Assembly: GCA_963817625.1 (NCBI GenBank)
Contig: CAWFPK010000020.1
Span: 40,185-104,184, forward strand
From: an uncultured Actinomycetota bacterium
GTDB lineage: Bacteria; Actinomycetota; Actinomycetes; Streptosporangiales; Streptosporangiaceae
Length of the DNA stretch: 64,000 bases
Direction: 5' to 3'
A model generated the notes under the pieces. It was not told the DNA's origin and made no database searches. It saw only the letters and a program-made list of their open reading frames with translations. Below are positions 1 through 9,448 of the stretch, piece by piece. Every line of letters begins with the position of its first letter. The first letter of the stretch is position 1. The position numbers and the translations under genes are program-made.

Positions 1-477
1 GCCGTCGGCCGCGTCGGGGTCGAGCAGGCCGCGGGAGCGGCGGGCGGCCATCGCCATGCCGACCGCGTTCGTCAGGCCCTGGCCGAGCGGGCCGGTAGTG
101 GTCTCGACGCCAGGCGTCAGGCCATGCTCGGGATGCCCAGGAGTGATGCTGCCCCAGGTGCGCAGTTGGCGCAGGTCATCCAGGGTGAGTCCGTAACCGG
201 ACAAGTAGAGCTGGATGTACAAGGTCAGGCTAGAATGACCGCACGACAGTACGAACCGGTCACGACCCGGCCAATCGGGGTCGGCCGGGTCATGTCGCAT
301 GACTCGCTGGTAGAGCAGGTAGGCCGCTGGCGCCAGGCTCATCGCCGTGCCAGGATGGCCAGAGCCTGCCCGCTGCACCGCATCCATCGCCAGCACCCGG
401 GTCAGGTCTACTGCCCTGGCGTCGGCCGCTGTCCATTCAAGTTCGGTATTCGTCTGGCTGGTCAACTCTCGCACCAT
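1..477 (-). CDS. tkt: transketolase, N-terminal part (gene continues past the window start)
   Basis: Own minus-strand translation from ATG at 475-477 gives MVRELTSQTNTELEWTAADARAVDLTRVLAMDAVQRAGSGHPGTAMSLAPAAYLLYQ...SCGHSSLTLYIQLYLSGY...TTTGPLGQGL, a typical TPP-binding transketolase N-terminus. It is absent from the ORF track because it runs off the edge. Confidence 0.9.
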   Translation of the reverse strand, partial: MVRELTSQTNTELEWTAADARAVDLTRVLAMDAVQRAGSGHPGTAMSLAPAAYLLYQRVMRHDPADPDWPGRDRFVLSCGHSSLTLYIQLYLSGYGLTLDDLRQLRTWGSITPGHPEHGLTPGVETTTGPLGQGLTNAVGMAMAARRSRGLLDPDAADG

Positions 478-550
478 TCTGCATCCGATCGACAAGGGCC
501 AGATCTGACCCTATCGCCCGGAGCGAGGTGGCCTGGGCTGGCCTAGCGCC

Positions 551-1330
551 TCATTCGGGCAGCGTTCCAAGGAAATTCACGATCGCCGTGTTGACTTGCA
601 CCGGATGGCTGACGTTGGCCGCGTGCGTGCCTGCGTCGATCACGCTGAAGGTGACCGGCCCGGCTAGCCCGGCGCGCATCTGCTCCGCCTTCGCCATAGG
701 GATGGCCGCATCGTCAGTTCCATGCACGATTAGCGCCGGGCAGCTGATCTCGCCTAGCCTCGCGGTCAGGTCGTCCCGGTTGATCAGAGCGCCGAACGCC
801 AGGCTGAACTGCTCCCTGTCGCCCGCCGCCCATTTGGCGTACCACTCGTCCCAGTTGCCAGGCCCGAGGATGATGGCCGAGACAACCTCTTGCACCGGTG
901 CCGGGCCGGCGTCCATCCAGATTTCGTGCAGTTGCTGATAACTTTCGGCATTTGCCGGGTCTTCCAGCCCAGCCTGGGTATCGATCAAGATCAGGCCGCG
1001 GACCCGCTGCGGTGCCGACAGCGCGGCGCGGAGGCTGAGGAAGCCGCCCTGCGACATGCCGCCGAGCACGGCTCGCTCGATGCCTAGGTGGTCGAGCAGG
1101 GCGAGCACGTCGTTGGCCGAGTCCCAATAGCTGAATGGCCCGGTGGCCACTGTGCCGCCGTGGCCGCGCTCATCCCAGGTGATCACCCGGTAGTGGGGTG
1201 CCAGCGCCGCGACCTGCTCGTCGAACATGGACCGATCCATCAAGATGCCGTGGCTCAGCACCACGACCGGCCCGGCACCACCGGAATCGGAATAGCTAAC
1301 GTGAGTACCGTTTATCGGGGCGGTCGGCAT
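551..1330 (-). CDS. alpha/beta-fold hydrolase
   Basis: ORF 551..1396. The likely start is the internal ATG at 1330 (MPTAPINGTHVSY). It has an HG-type oxyanion region (VVLSHGILMD) and a nucleophile elbow GMSQGG. Confidence 0.8.
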   Translation of the reverse strand: MPTAPINGTHVSYSDSGGAGPVVVLSHGILMDRSMFDEQVAALAPHYRVITWDERGHGGTVATGPFSYWDSANDVLALLDHLGIERAVLGGMSQGGFLSLRAALSAPQRVRGLILIDTQAGLEDPANAESYQQLHEIWMDAGPAPVQEVVSAIILGPGNWDEWYAKWAAGDREQFSLAFGALINRDDLTARLGEISCPALIVHGTDDAAIPMAKAEQMRAGLAGPVTFSVIDAGTHAANVSHPVQVNTAIVNFLGTLPE

Positions 1331-1340
1331 ATGCCGGACG

Positions 1341-2315
1341 CTACCGTACCCCTGCGCTCGCGGCCACCGGCTCGCCCTGCGCGTCGGCCGGGTCAAGCAC
1401 CGAGCCCCGGTCGCTGAGCGCGAAGTTCAGCCGGAGCACCGCGATCCAGATCAGCGCGGTGTTGGCGACATGGAGCCAGACCAGGCCAGCGGGCAGGCCG
1501 GAGAAGTACTGCACGTAACCGAGCACGCCCTGGATGCCGATCAGCGCGAGCACCAGCCAGCCAAGCCGGATCGCGCGGGGCGGGGATGGCGTGAAGTGCA
1601 AGCAGGCGACCAGCATCACCGCGACGGTGCCGAGCACCCAGCCGATGTCGGCATGCAGTTGGGTCACCCCTGACAGCGGCAGGAAGTGGTACCGCTGCAC
1701 GTCGGCAGCGCCAGCCAGCGGACCTGATCCGGTTACCAGCGTGCCAGCCAGCATCATCACGGCCGTCACAGCGATCAGGAATCTGGCGACCAGCCGCACC
1801 AGCGGCTGGGTAAGCGGTTGTGCCCGCCCGGTACCTTGAGTGCACCTGACGTGCAGCGCCACCGCTGCGGCGAGCACCGGCAAGGTGGCGATGAAGTGCA
1901 GCGATACCCAAAATGGTGCGAGCTTGGTCAGCACCACGATGCCGCCGATGATCGCCTGCAAGGCGATGCCGGCTGGCTGCGCGGCGGCCAGCCAGACCAG
2001 GTCACGACGACGCTGGCCGTTCGGGCGGTACTGCCACGCCGCGATGAAGACCACGATGGCGATGACGAAGATCAGGTCAGTTGCCAGCCGGTTGCCGAAC
2101 TCCACCCAACGGTGAATTAGTGGGTCGCCGGTCACGCCGGAGGCGATCAGGCTGGCGTTGGTGCACTTAGGCCAGGTGGTGCAGCCGAGGCCGGACTCGC
2201 TCAGCCTGACCGCGCCGCCGGTCCAGATGATCAGCGCGGAGGTGATCACTCCGGCCAGCGCGAACCTGCGCATGGCAACCGGGCTCGGATGGATCAGGGC
2301 GGACACGAAGCTCAT
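1341..2315 (-). CDS. ctaA: heme A synthase (COX15/CtaA family)
   Basis: ORF 1341..2384, probable start MSFVSALIHP (2315). It is a polytopic membrane protein with a CtaA-like N-terminus (GGAVRLSESGLGCTTWPKC). The position next to tkt is the usual actinobacterial arrangement. Confidence 0.8.
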   Translation of the reverse strand: MSFVSALIHPSPVAMRRFALAGVITSALIIWTGGAVRLSESGLGCTTWPKCTNASLIASGVTGDPLIHRWVEFGNRLATDLIFVIAIVVFIAAWQYRPNGQRRRDLVWLAAAQPAGIALQAIIGGIVVLTKLAPFWVSLHFIATLPVLAAAVALHVRCTQGTGRAQPLTQPLVRLVARFLIAVTAVMMLAGTLVTGSGPLAGAADVQRYHFLPLSGVTQLHADIGWVLGTVAVMLVACLHFTPSPPRAIRLGWLVLALIGIQGVLGYVQYFSGLPAGLVWLHVANTALIWIAVLRLNFALSDRGSVLDPADAQGEPVAASAGVR

Positions 2316-3283
2316 GCTATTGCCCCAGCTGCGCCAAACGCGGCACCGGCACTGGCGACGACGACGCAGCCGATGGCTAGCCACTGCAGTCCGAGCAGCG
2401 CCTGGCCGAGCAGGACGACGCCGACCAGCGCGGCCACGGCCGGCTCAAGGCTCATCCAGATGCCGAACGCCCTGGCTGACACCCGGCGCAGCGTTTCCAG
2501 TTCAAAGCCGTAAGGGATCACTGAGGACAGCAATCCGATAACGACCCCCACGCCAAGCACGGCCGGCCGCAATAGCGCCGTCCCGGCGCTGGCCACTGCC
2601 ACCGGAGTGATCGCTATCGCCGCCACGGTCATCGCGATGACCAGGCCGGACGAGCCGGAGAACCGCTTGCCTGTGGCTGCGGACAGCAGGATGTAGCAGG
2701 CCCAGGAAAGGCCAGCGAGCAGAGCGTAGCCGACGCCGACCAGGACCGTGTGGGTGGCAGATCCGGCTCCGTACCTGGCCGCGGTCGAACTGAAAGTGGC
2801 GGCCGAAACGCCTGCGGTGCCGAGCAACGCTACGCCGGTGCCGGCCAGCGCGACCCAGATCAGATCGATCAGCCGTCGCGAGGTAGCGATCGCGACGCCG
2901 AGCGGGCCAAGGAACTCGATAGTGACGGCGATGCCGAGCGGGATCCTGGCGAACGCCTGGTAGATCGAGAAGTTCATGATCGCGAGCGTCAGGCCGAAGC
3001 AGCCGACAACGGCCGCATCGGACCAGGCCCGATCGGCAATGACGCCGCGGCCGGCCTTGATCGCTGGCCGCGCGCCGATACCAATCAGGATCAGGCACCC
3101 GGTCCACAGCCGCAGTCCGGTCAGCCCGGCCGCCGAGACGGTGCCGAACATGCGGGCCGCGAGGCCCGCCCCGACTTGCACGCTGATGATGCCGGCGGCG
3201 AGCAGCGCCGGGGATGGCACCGCGCGCAGCGCGCTCCGCTGCGCGTTGGCGGGCGGCGCTGTCGGCTCGGACAGCGAGATCAC
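2312..3283 (-). CDS. EamA/DMT-family transporter
   Basis: 323-aa ORF, about 10 hydrophobic segments, Gly/Ala-rich repeats typical of EamA duplications. ATGA overlap with ctaA. Confidence 0.75.
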   Translation of the reverse strand: MISLSEPTAPPANAQRSALRAVPSPALLAAGIISVQVGAGLAARMFGTVSAAGLTGLRLWTGCLILIGIGARPAIKAGRGVIADRAWSDAAVVGCFGLTLAIMNFSIYQAFARIPLGIAVTIEFLGPLGVAIATSRRLIDLIWVALAGTGVALLGTAGVSAATFSSTAARYGAGSATHTVLVGVGYALLAGLSWACYILLSAATGKRFSGSSGLVIAMTVAAIAITPVAVASAGTALLRPAVLGVGVVIGLLSSVIPYGFELETLRRVSARAFGIWMSLEPAVAALVGVVLLGQALLGLQWLAIGCVVVASAGAAFGAAGAIA

Positions 3284-3285
3284 CG

Positions 3286-4059
3286 CTACTCCCAGCGGAA
3301 GGTACGAGCGGCGACGGTGATGCTGATGACGGCCCAGCAGGCCAGTACCAGCAGGTCCTTGGCTGGCCAGCCAGTGCCATAACGCAGTGCGGCCCGCACT
3401 CCGTCGGACATCGCGCCTGATGGCAGCAACAGCAACGCCGGCCGGATGGCGGGCGGGAACTTGGACAACGGGAAGAGCACTCCGCCGATTCCGAGTAGTA
3501 CCAGGTACACCAGGTTGGCGGCGGCCAGCGTCGCCTCGGCCCTCAGCGTCCCGGCCATCAGCATGGCCAGGCCGCTGAAGGCCGCGCTGCCAAGCGCCAG
3601 CACGAGCAGCGCGGCGAGCACAGCAACAGGGGTAACCACCGGATGCCAGCCGAGCAGCAGGCTAACCGCGACAATCAGCACGACCTGGGCAGCCTGCACC
3701 GTAAGCACCGAGACCGCCTTTGCGCCGATCAGGCCGGTGCGCGACAGGGGGGTCGAGCCGAGCCGCTTGAGCACGCCGTATCGGCGCTCGAACGCGGTGC
3801 CGATGGCCAAACTGGTGAAGGAGGTGGACAAGATCGCGAGCGCCAGAATGCCGGGAGCGATAAAGCTGATCCGGCTGCCTGGCCCGACGCTGACCAGTGC
3901 TTCCGAGCTGAACACCACCAGCAGCAGCACCGGGATGATCAGCGTGAGCAGCAACTGCTCGCCATTTCTCAGCAGGATGCGAACTTCGAGACCGGCCTGG
4001 GCGCCGACCATGGCCGGCAGCCGGGCCGCGCCCGGTGCCGGGGCTGGCCAGTCAGTCAC
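3286..4059 (-). CDS. ABC-2 type transporter permease
   Basis: 257-aa polytopic ORF immediately downstream of, and overlapping by 4 nt with, an ABC ATPase gene. Same arrangement as the conserved actinobacterial ctaA-adjacent exporter. Confidence 0.8.
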   Translation of the reverse strand: MTDWPAPAPGAARLPAMVGAQAGLEVRILLRNGEQLLLTLIIPVLLLVVFSSEALVSVGPGSRISFIAPGILALAILSTSFTSLAIGTAFERRYGVLKRLGSTPLSRTGLIGAKAVSVLTVQAAQVVLIVAVSLLLGWHPVVTPVAVLAALLVLALGSAAFSGLAMLMAGTLRAEATLAAANLVYLVLLGIGGVLFPLSKFPPAIRPALLLLPSGAMSDGVRAALRYGTGWPAKDLLVLACWAVISITVAARTFRWE

Positions 4060-4982
4060 GATCGCAGCTCCCGTCCGGTGAGCTCAAGGAAGACGTCCTC
4101 TAGGGTACGGCTCTCGATCTGCAGGTTCCTGGCCAGGACGCCCTGCTCCGCGCACCAGGCGGTAACGGTCGCGACTACCTGCGGGTCCACCCCGGCAGTC
4201 AGCTCGATCAGGTACTGACCGGCCGGTGATTCCTTGGCGACGCTGTCTGACGGCAGCGCGGCGAGCAGGCCAGCCAGCTCAAGCGCTGGCTCGGCGGCGA
4301 ACCGCAGTTGCCGCTCAGCTCCGGTCAGCTGGGCCGGACTGCCCGCAGCCACGACCTTCCCGTGGTCCACGATCACCACTTGATCGGCGAGCCGTTCGGC
4401 CTCCTCCAGGTAGTGCGTGGTCAGCACGATCGTGGCCCCAGCCGCGCGCAGCCCATTGACCAGGTCCCAGGTGGCGTGCCTGGCCTGCGCATCGAGTCCG
4501 GCGGTCGGCTCGTCAAGAAAGACCAGCTCAGGGCGGCCGATGATGGCGGCGGCAAGCGACAGCCGCTGCTGCTGCCCACCGGACAGCCGGCGAAATGGCG
4601 TGCGCGCCGAGCCGGTGAGCCCGAGCTGGTCCATCAGCAGGGCCGGATCGAGCGGCTCAGCGTAGAACTTCGCCAGCACTTTCAGATAGTCACTGGCTCG
4701 GGCTGCGGTCGGGATGCCGCCTTGCTGCAACATGACGCCGACCCGCGGCCGCAGCGCCCTGGCATCGCGCACCGGGTCGAGCCCGAGTATCCGCACGGTG
4801 CCGGCGTCGGGCCGCCGGTAGCCTTCGCAGACCTCGATAGTGGTGGTCTTACCAGCGCCGTTAGGCCCGAGCACGGCAGTGACCTGGCCGCGCTCGGCGC
4901 GCATCGACAGGTCGGCAACAGCCTGGGTGCGGCCGTAATTCTTGACCAGGCCGCAGATATCGACGGCCGGTGCATCGCTCAC
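4056..4982 (-). CDS. ABC transporter ATP-binding protein
   Basis: Walker A GPNGAGKTT, signature LSGGQQQR, Walker B LVFLDEP. ORF track start 5108. GTG at 4980-4982 (VSDAPAVDICGLVKNYG) is the more plausible start. Confidence 0.85.
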   Translation of the reverse strand: MSDAPAVDICGLVKNYGRTQAVADLSMRAERGQVTAVLGPNGAGKTTTIEVCEGYRRPDAGTVRILGLDPVRDARALRPRVGVMLQQGGIPTAARASDYLKVLAKFYAEPLDPALLMDQLGLTGSARTPFRRLSGGQQQRLSLAAAIIGRPELVFLDEPTAGLDAQARHATWDLVNGLRAAGATIVLTTHYLEEAERLADQVVIVDHGKVVAAGSPAQLTGAERQLRFAAEPALELAGLLAALPSDSVAKESPAGQYLIELTAGVDPQVVATVTAWCAEQGVLARNLQIESRTLEDVFLELTGRELRS

Positions 4983-5101
4983 GCACGCGAGTCTAGGGGC
5001 GAACTTGCATGCTCGGTGAAAATGCCCCTGCCTGGCGGAGTACTGTCTGTCAGCCCGGAATGATAATTTCGCTAAGGCTGCGGGCGCGCCGAGGAGCATC
5101 G

Positions 5102-6337
5102 ATGACACGGGTCTTGTGGGACGGGGATGGCACCGTGCGCCGCGCGCTCCGGTCGATCGTCGGCGACCCGAACCTCGGGGCGACGGCGCTGTCCGAGCCG
5201 CATCTGATGACCAACCTGCTCAAGGACCTGCTGCCAGATGAGCCCAGGGAGTCGGCAGTGCTGATCGCTGCCGCTCAGGTCGGCCTGCCTGATGTGCTGC
5301 AAGGTCACCTGGCTGAGGGCATGGACCTTGGCACCGCATCGAGGCTGACCGCCGGCTGGTTCGCCAAGCGGATGCCGTTTACCAAAGACGCATGCAGCTG
5401 GGTGGTCGGCGAGATCGCGATCGCGATCGGCGTGGACCCGACCGCGCTGGCCGACGTCACCATGCCAGACACGGTGCCGTACGTGGTGAGCTTCGACGAC
5501 GGCTACGAGATCGAAGAGGCCGGAGTCGTCATCGGCTGGGGCGACAACGACGAAGGCGAGACCGACATACCTACCGGGCTGGACAGCGTCATCGCCGTCG
5601 CGGCCGGCTGGTACCACAGCCTGGCCGTCACCGGCGATGGCAAGGTGGTGGCCTGGGGGAGCAGCGCCAGGGGCATGATCGACGTGCCAGCTGGCTTGTC
5701 CGGTGTCATCGCGGTCGCGGCCGGGCAGTACCACAGCCTGGCACTGACCGCCGCGGGAAACGTCGTGGCCTGGGGCGGCAACGGTTACGGACAGTGCGCC
5801 GTGCCGGTCGGCCTGGCCGGGGTGACCTCGATCGCGGCCGGCTCTGATCACAGCCTCGCGGTGTCGCAAGGCCGGGTGATCGCCTGGGGTGGCCACGGAA
5901 CTGGCCAGACCAACGTGCCCGACCTGCCCGTGGTGACGGCGGTCGCGGCGGGAGCCGGGCACAGCCTCGCGCTCACCGAGGACGGCACCGTGATCGGCTG
6001 GGGGCTCAATGACTTCGGCGAGATCTCCGTGCCGGCCGGGCTGGCCGGAGTGGTAGCGATCACCGCCGGAGTCAATCAGTCAGCGGCGGTCACCGGCGAT
6101 GGCAAGGTGGTCGCCTGGGGCCGCCAGGATTACGGCGTCACCGCCGTGCCGCCTGACCTCGCCGACGTTGTCGCCATCTCGGGCAACGGCACGCACTGCC
6201 TGGCGCTCACCAGCGACGGCCTAGTGCGGGGCTGGGGCAGCAATGACTGCGGCGAGGCTGACGTGCCCGCAGTGCTGTCCGGCGTCACCGCGATAGCGGC
6301 CGGCTACGGGCACAGCCTCGCGGTCATGCCGGACTAA
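5102..6337 (+). CDS. RCC1-repeat (beta-propeller) protein with unknown ~130-aa N-terminal domain
   Basis: ORF 5009..6337, ATG at 5102 (MTRVLWDG). It has seven tandem ~50-aa repeats of the form V(I/V)AWG.N..GQ..VP..L..V..IAAG..HSLA(L/V). Confidence 0.8.
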   Translation: MTRVLWDGDGTVRRALRSIVGDPNLGATALSEPHLMTNLLKDLLPDEPRESAVLIAAAQVGLPDVLQGHLAEGMDLGTASRLTAGWFAKRMPFTKDACSWVVGEIAIAIGVDPTALADVTMPDTVPYVVSFDDGYEIEEAGVVIGWGDNDEGETDIPTGLDSVIAVAAGWYHSLAVTGDGKVVAWGSSARGMIDVPAGLSGVIAVAAGQYHSLALTAAGNVVAWGGNGYGQCAVPVGLAGVTSIAAGSDHSLAVSQGRVIAWGGHGTGQTNVPDLPVVTAVAAGAGHSLALTEDGTVIGWGLNDFGEISVPAGLAGVVAITAGVNQSAAVTGDGKVVAWGRQDYGVTAVPPDLADVVAISGNGTHCLALTSDGLVRGWGSNDCGEADVPAVLSGVTAIAAGYGHSLAVMPD

Positions 6338-6345
6338 GAGCTCAG

Positions 6346-7800
6346 TTACCCGGCGACGAAATCGGCCAGCCGGGCGGACTGGTCCAGCCTGCTCGGCTCG
6401 TGCATGTACATCATGTGGCCGGACTCGTAATAGGCGAACTCGATGTTGCCAGTCAGCTCAGCCGGGATGGCCAAGTGCGCGAAGTCGGTCTGCGCCGCGA
6501 AGTACGGCGTTGCCGCGTCGTAGTAGCCGCAGGCCACGTGGATCCTCAGGTGCGGGTTGACCCGGATGGCCTCGGCCAGCTTGTCGAGCACGTACAGGTG
6601 CTTGGCCTCGAATTCCTTGTAGGACCAGGGGTGCACCCGATCGGTGAGCACCTCGTAGTTCAGGTCATTGGCGTAGCCAAGCTCGGCTCGTACGTAGTGG
6701 TTGAGCACGGCGGCGTAGGGCCCGACGATGGCGTCGATGGACGGGTCGGTGGTCCACCGCTCGCGGCCGTAGTTGCTGTCCCAGCCAAGGAACCGGCCGT
6801 CAATCCGGCCGACCGTACGGCGCCGGTCGCGCAGCAACTCGGTGAGGAACCTGATGTGCTCAGGGCGCAGGTCGATCCGGTCGACGTAATCCGCGCTCAG
6901 GCCGGTCAACTCGGCAACCTTCGCGATCGCCGCCGCCCGCTCGTCGGCGCTGGCCCTGGCACCGAGGCCAAGTACCCGCCGGTACTCGCCAGCCGCGAAG
7001 GCCTCAGCCTCGTCCAGGTGCTCGCGCAGCGGCCGGTCGCTGGTCTTGCCGTGGTAATGCGCGATCGCCGCATAAGTCGGCAGGTAGCTCACGAACGGCT
7101 CGTCGTTACCCGGCGTGAACATGATCGAGCCGCCGTCCAGGAAGGTGGAGAGCAGGATCAGCCCGTTGAGATACAGGCTGGCGCGCTCCTGCAGGTACCT
7201 GGCGAGGCCAGCGGCCCTGGTGGTGCCGTACGACTCACCGCAGAGGTACTTGGGTGACATCCACCGGTTGTGCCGGGTGGTCCACAGCCTGATCACCTCG
7301 CCAACCGACTCGATGTCAGCGCCGTAGCCATGGAAGTCCTTGGACTTCTCGCCTTTGACCGCGCGCGAGTAGCCGGTGGACACCGGGTCGATGAAGACCA
7401 GGTCGGAGTGCCTGAGCAGGGTCTGCTCGTTATCCGCGATGCCGTAGGGCGGCGGGAGCAGGTCGCCGGCGTCGCCCATCAGCACCCGGCGCGGGCCGAG
7501 CAGCCCGAGGTGCAGCCAGATGCTGGCCGAGCCAGGGCCGCCGTTGAATGCGAAGGTCACCGGCCTGCGACCGCGCTCCGTCTCGTCGACGTCAAGAACG
7601 TAGGAGACCATGAAAACCTCGGCCTTGGGCTCGGCCCCGTCGAACTTGTCGTCGGTGTGGCCCTCAGTCCTGAGCACGATCCGCCCGGCGGTGGCGGTGT
7701 ACTTCAGCTCAGTCCCGTCGACTGTGATCGAGTGCTCGGTAGTGACCAGGTCGTCGGCGGGCTCCGGCTTCTTGCTCTCCTGTGGCACCTCGTCCGGCAT
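6346..7800 (-). CDS. S10-family serine carboxypeptidase-like peptidase
   Basis: ORF 6346..7818, likely start MPDEVPQ (7800). Motifs FNGGPGSASIWLHLG and GESYGT (nucleophile Ser). Confidence 0.75.
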   Translation of the reverse strand: MPDEVPQESKKPEPADDLVTTEHSITVDGTELKYTATAGRIVLRTEGHTDDKFDGAEPKAEVFMVSYVLDVDETERGRRPVTFAFNGGPGSASIWLHLGLLGPRRVLMGDAGDLLPPPYGIADNEQTLLRHSDLVFIDPVSTGYSRAVKGEKSKDFHGYGADIESVGEVIRLWTTRHNRWMSPKYLCGESYGTTRAAGLARYLQERASLYLNGLILLSTFLDGGSIMFTPGNDEPFVSYLPTYAAIAHYHGKTSDRPLREHLDEAEAFAAGEYRRVLGLGARASADERAAAIAKVAELTGLSADYVDRIDLRPEHIRFLTELLRDRRRTVGRIDGRFLGWDSNYGRERWTTDPSIDAIVGPYAAVLNHYVRAELGYANDLNYEVLTDRVHPWSYKEFEAKHLYVLDKLAEAIRVNPHLRIHVACGYYDAATPYFAAQTDFAHLAIPAELTGNIEFAYYESGHMMYMHEPSRLDQSARLADFVAG

Positions 7801-7978
7801 TGTCGCTCCCAATAGCACAGCATCGTTGGCGTGGACTTCGCAGGATGCTAACGGGTGCGCCCACTGCGTTCGACACCGGAGTCCGGCAAGCTCAGCGAGC
7901 GAACCTGGGTCACGAACCTGGCGGTAGCTGCTTGATCGACGCGCCGACCTGGTCGGCCTAGCAGCCTGACCAGGCTAC

Positions 7979-8680
7979 TCAGGACCGCCGCTGCCCGGCT
8001 GCCTCGATCAGGGCGTGGAAGATGCTGTGCTCATCGCCAGCTTCAGGATGCCACTGCACGCCGATGGCCAAGGAAGCCTGGTCGAGTTCGAAAGCCTCGA
8101 TCAGCCCGTCTTCGGCCCAGGCGGTAGCGACCAGTCCGTCGGCTAGTCGGTCGACGCCCTGATGGTGATGCGTCGGGACGACGGCTGGCCCGGTGCCGAT
8201 GATGGCGGCGAGCCGGCTGGCCGGATCTACGCTGACCTTGTGCTCGCCCATAGCGCCCGGCACAGGGGAATGCCCGTCGTGGCCGACAACGTCGGGCAGG
8301 TGCTGTATCAACGTCCCGCCCAGCGCCACGTTGATGAGTTGCATGCCCCGGCAGATCCCGAGTACCGGGCGGCCGATGCTGAGGGCCGCGCGGAAGAGCG
8401 CGAACTCGGCTGCGTCCCGATCGGGCCGCATTACCACGGTCTGCGGATCAGGCGCGGCACCGTAGCGGTGCGGCTCGACGTCAGGGCCGCCGGAGATGAT
8501 CAACCCGTCGAGCGCGCTCACCACGTCATCGATGCCAGCCACCGGCGAGAGCAGCACCGGAACGCCGCCGGCCTCGGCGACCCGGTCCACGTAGTTCTGC
8601 GGCAGCAAGGTGGCCCGCTGATCCCAGACGCCCCAGCGGGCGACCTCGCTGTAAGCACTTATTCCGATGACTGGCCTCAT
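7979..8680 (-). CDS. class-I glutamine amidotransferase / peptidase C26 gamma-glutamyl hydrolase (PuuD-like)
   Basis: 233 aa. Catalytic Cys context GICRGMQLIN and C-terminal GVQWHPE motif. Confidence 0.8.
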   Translation of the reverse strand: MRPVIGISAYSEVARWGVWDQRATLLPQNYVDRVAEAGGVPVLLSPVAGIDDVVSALDGLIISGGPDVEPHRYGAAPDPQTVVMRPDRDAAEFALFRAALSIGRPVLGICRGMQLINVALGGTLIQHLPDVVGHDGHSPVPGAMGEHKVSVDPASRLAAIIGTGPAVVPTHHHQGVDRLADGLVATAWAEDGLIEAFELDQASLAIGVQWHPEAGDEHSIFHALIEAAGQRRS

Positions 8681-9441
8681 AGCGGCGTCACGTAAGCTCC
8701 GGCGATGCCGCCGTCCACCAGGAACTGCGACGCTGTGATAAAGGACGAGTCGTCACTAGCCAAGAAGGCCACCGCAGCCGCGATCTCATCCGGCTGCGCG
8801 AACCGGCCCATCGGCACGTGCACGAGCCTGCGCGCTGCCCGCTCAGGATCTTTGGCGAACAGCTCACGCAGCAGTGGCGTGTCGACCGGGCCTGGGCAGA
8901 GCGCGTTGATCCTGATGCCCTCGCGGGCGAACTGCACCCCAAGTTCGCGGCTCATCGCCAGCACACCGCCCTTGGAGGCGGTGTAGGAGATTTGCGAGGT
9001 CGCAGCGCCGAGCACGGCAACGAACGAGGCCGTATTGATGATCGAGCCCTTACCCGCCTGCCGCATATGCGGGATGACGTACTTGCAGCACAAGTAGACC
9101 GAGGTCAGGTTCACTTCCTGGACGTGGCGCCAGGCGTCGATGCCGGTGGTCAGGATGGAGTCGTCCTCAGGCGGCGAGATCCCCGCGTTGTTGAACGCGA
9201 TGTCGATCCGTCCGTACTCCGCCGCGACGCCATCGAATAGCTGCCGCACCTCGGTCTCGCTGGCGACGTCGGCCCGGACGAACCTGCCACCGACCTGCGC
9301 CGCCGCGGCCGCGCCGGCTTGCTCGTCGATGTCGACGGCGACGATCGTGGCCCCTTCGGCGGCCATCCGCTTCGCACTGGCCAGCCCGATCCCGCTGCCC
9401 GCGCCGGTCACGACAGCGACTCGGTCCTGCAAGCGCTGCAT
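8677..9441 (-). CDS. short-chain dehydrogenase/reductase
   Basis: TGAGSGIG cofactor motif and YTASKGG (YxxxK). 4-nt overlap with the downstream gene. Confidence 0.85.
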   Translation of the reverse strand: MQRLQDRVAVVTGAGSGIGLASAKRMAAEGATIVAVDIDEQAGAAAAAQVGGRFVRADVASETEVRQLFDGVAAEYGRIDIAFNNAGISPPEDDSILTTGIDAWRHVQEVNLTSVYLCCKYVIPHMRQAGKGSIINTASFVAVLGAATSQISYTASKGGVLAMSRELGVQFAREGIRINALCPGPVDTPLLRELFAKDPERAARRLVHVPMGRFAQPDEIAAAVAFLASDDSSFITASQFLVDGGIAGAYVTPL

Positions 9442-9448
9442 GTTGCTC

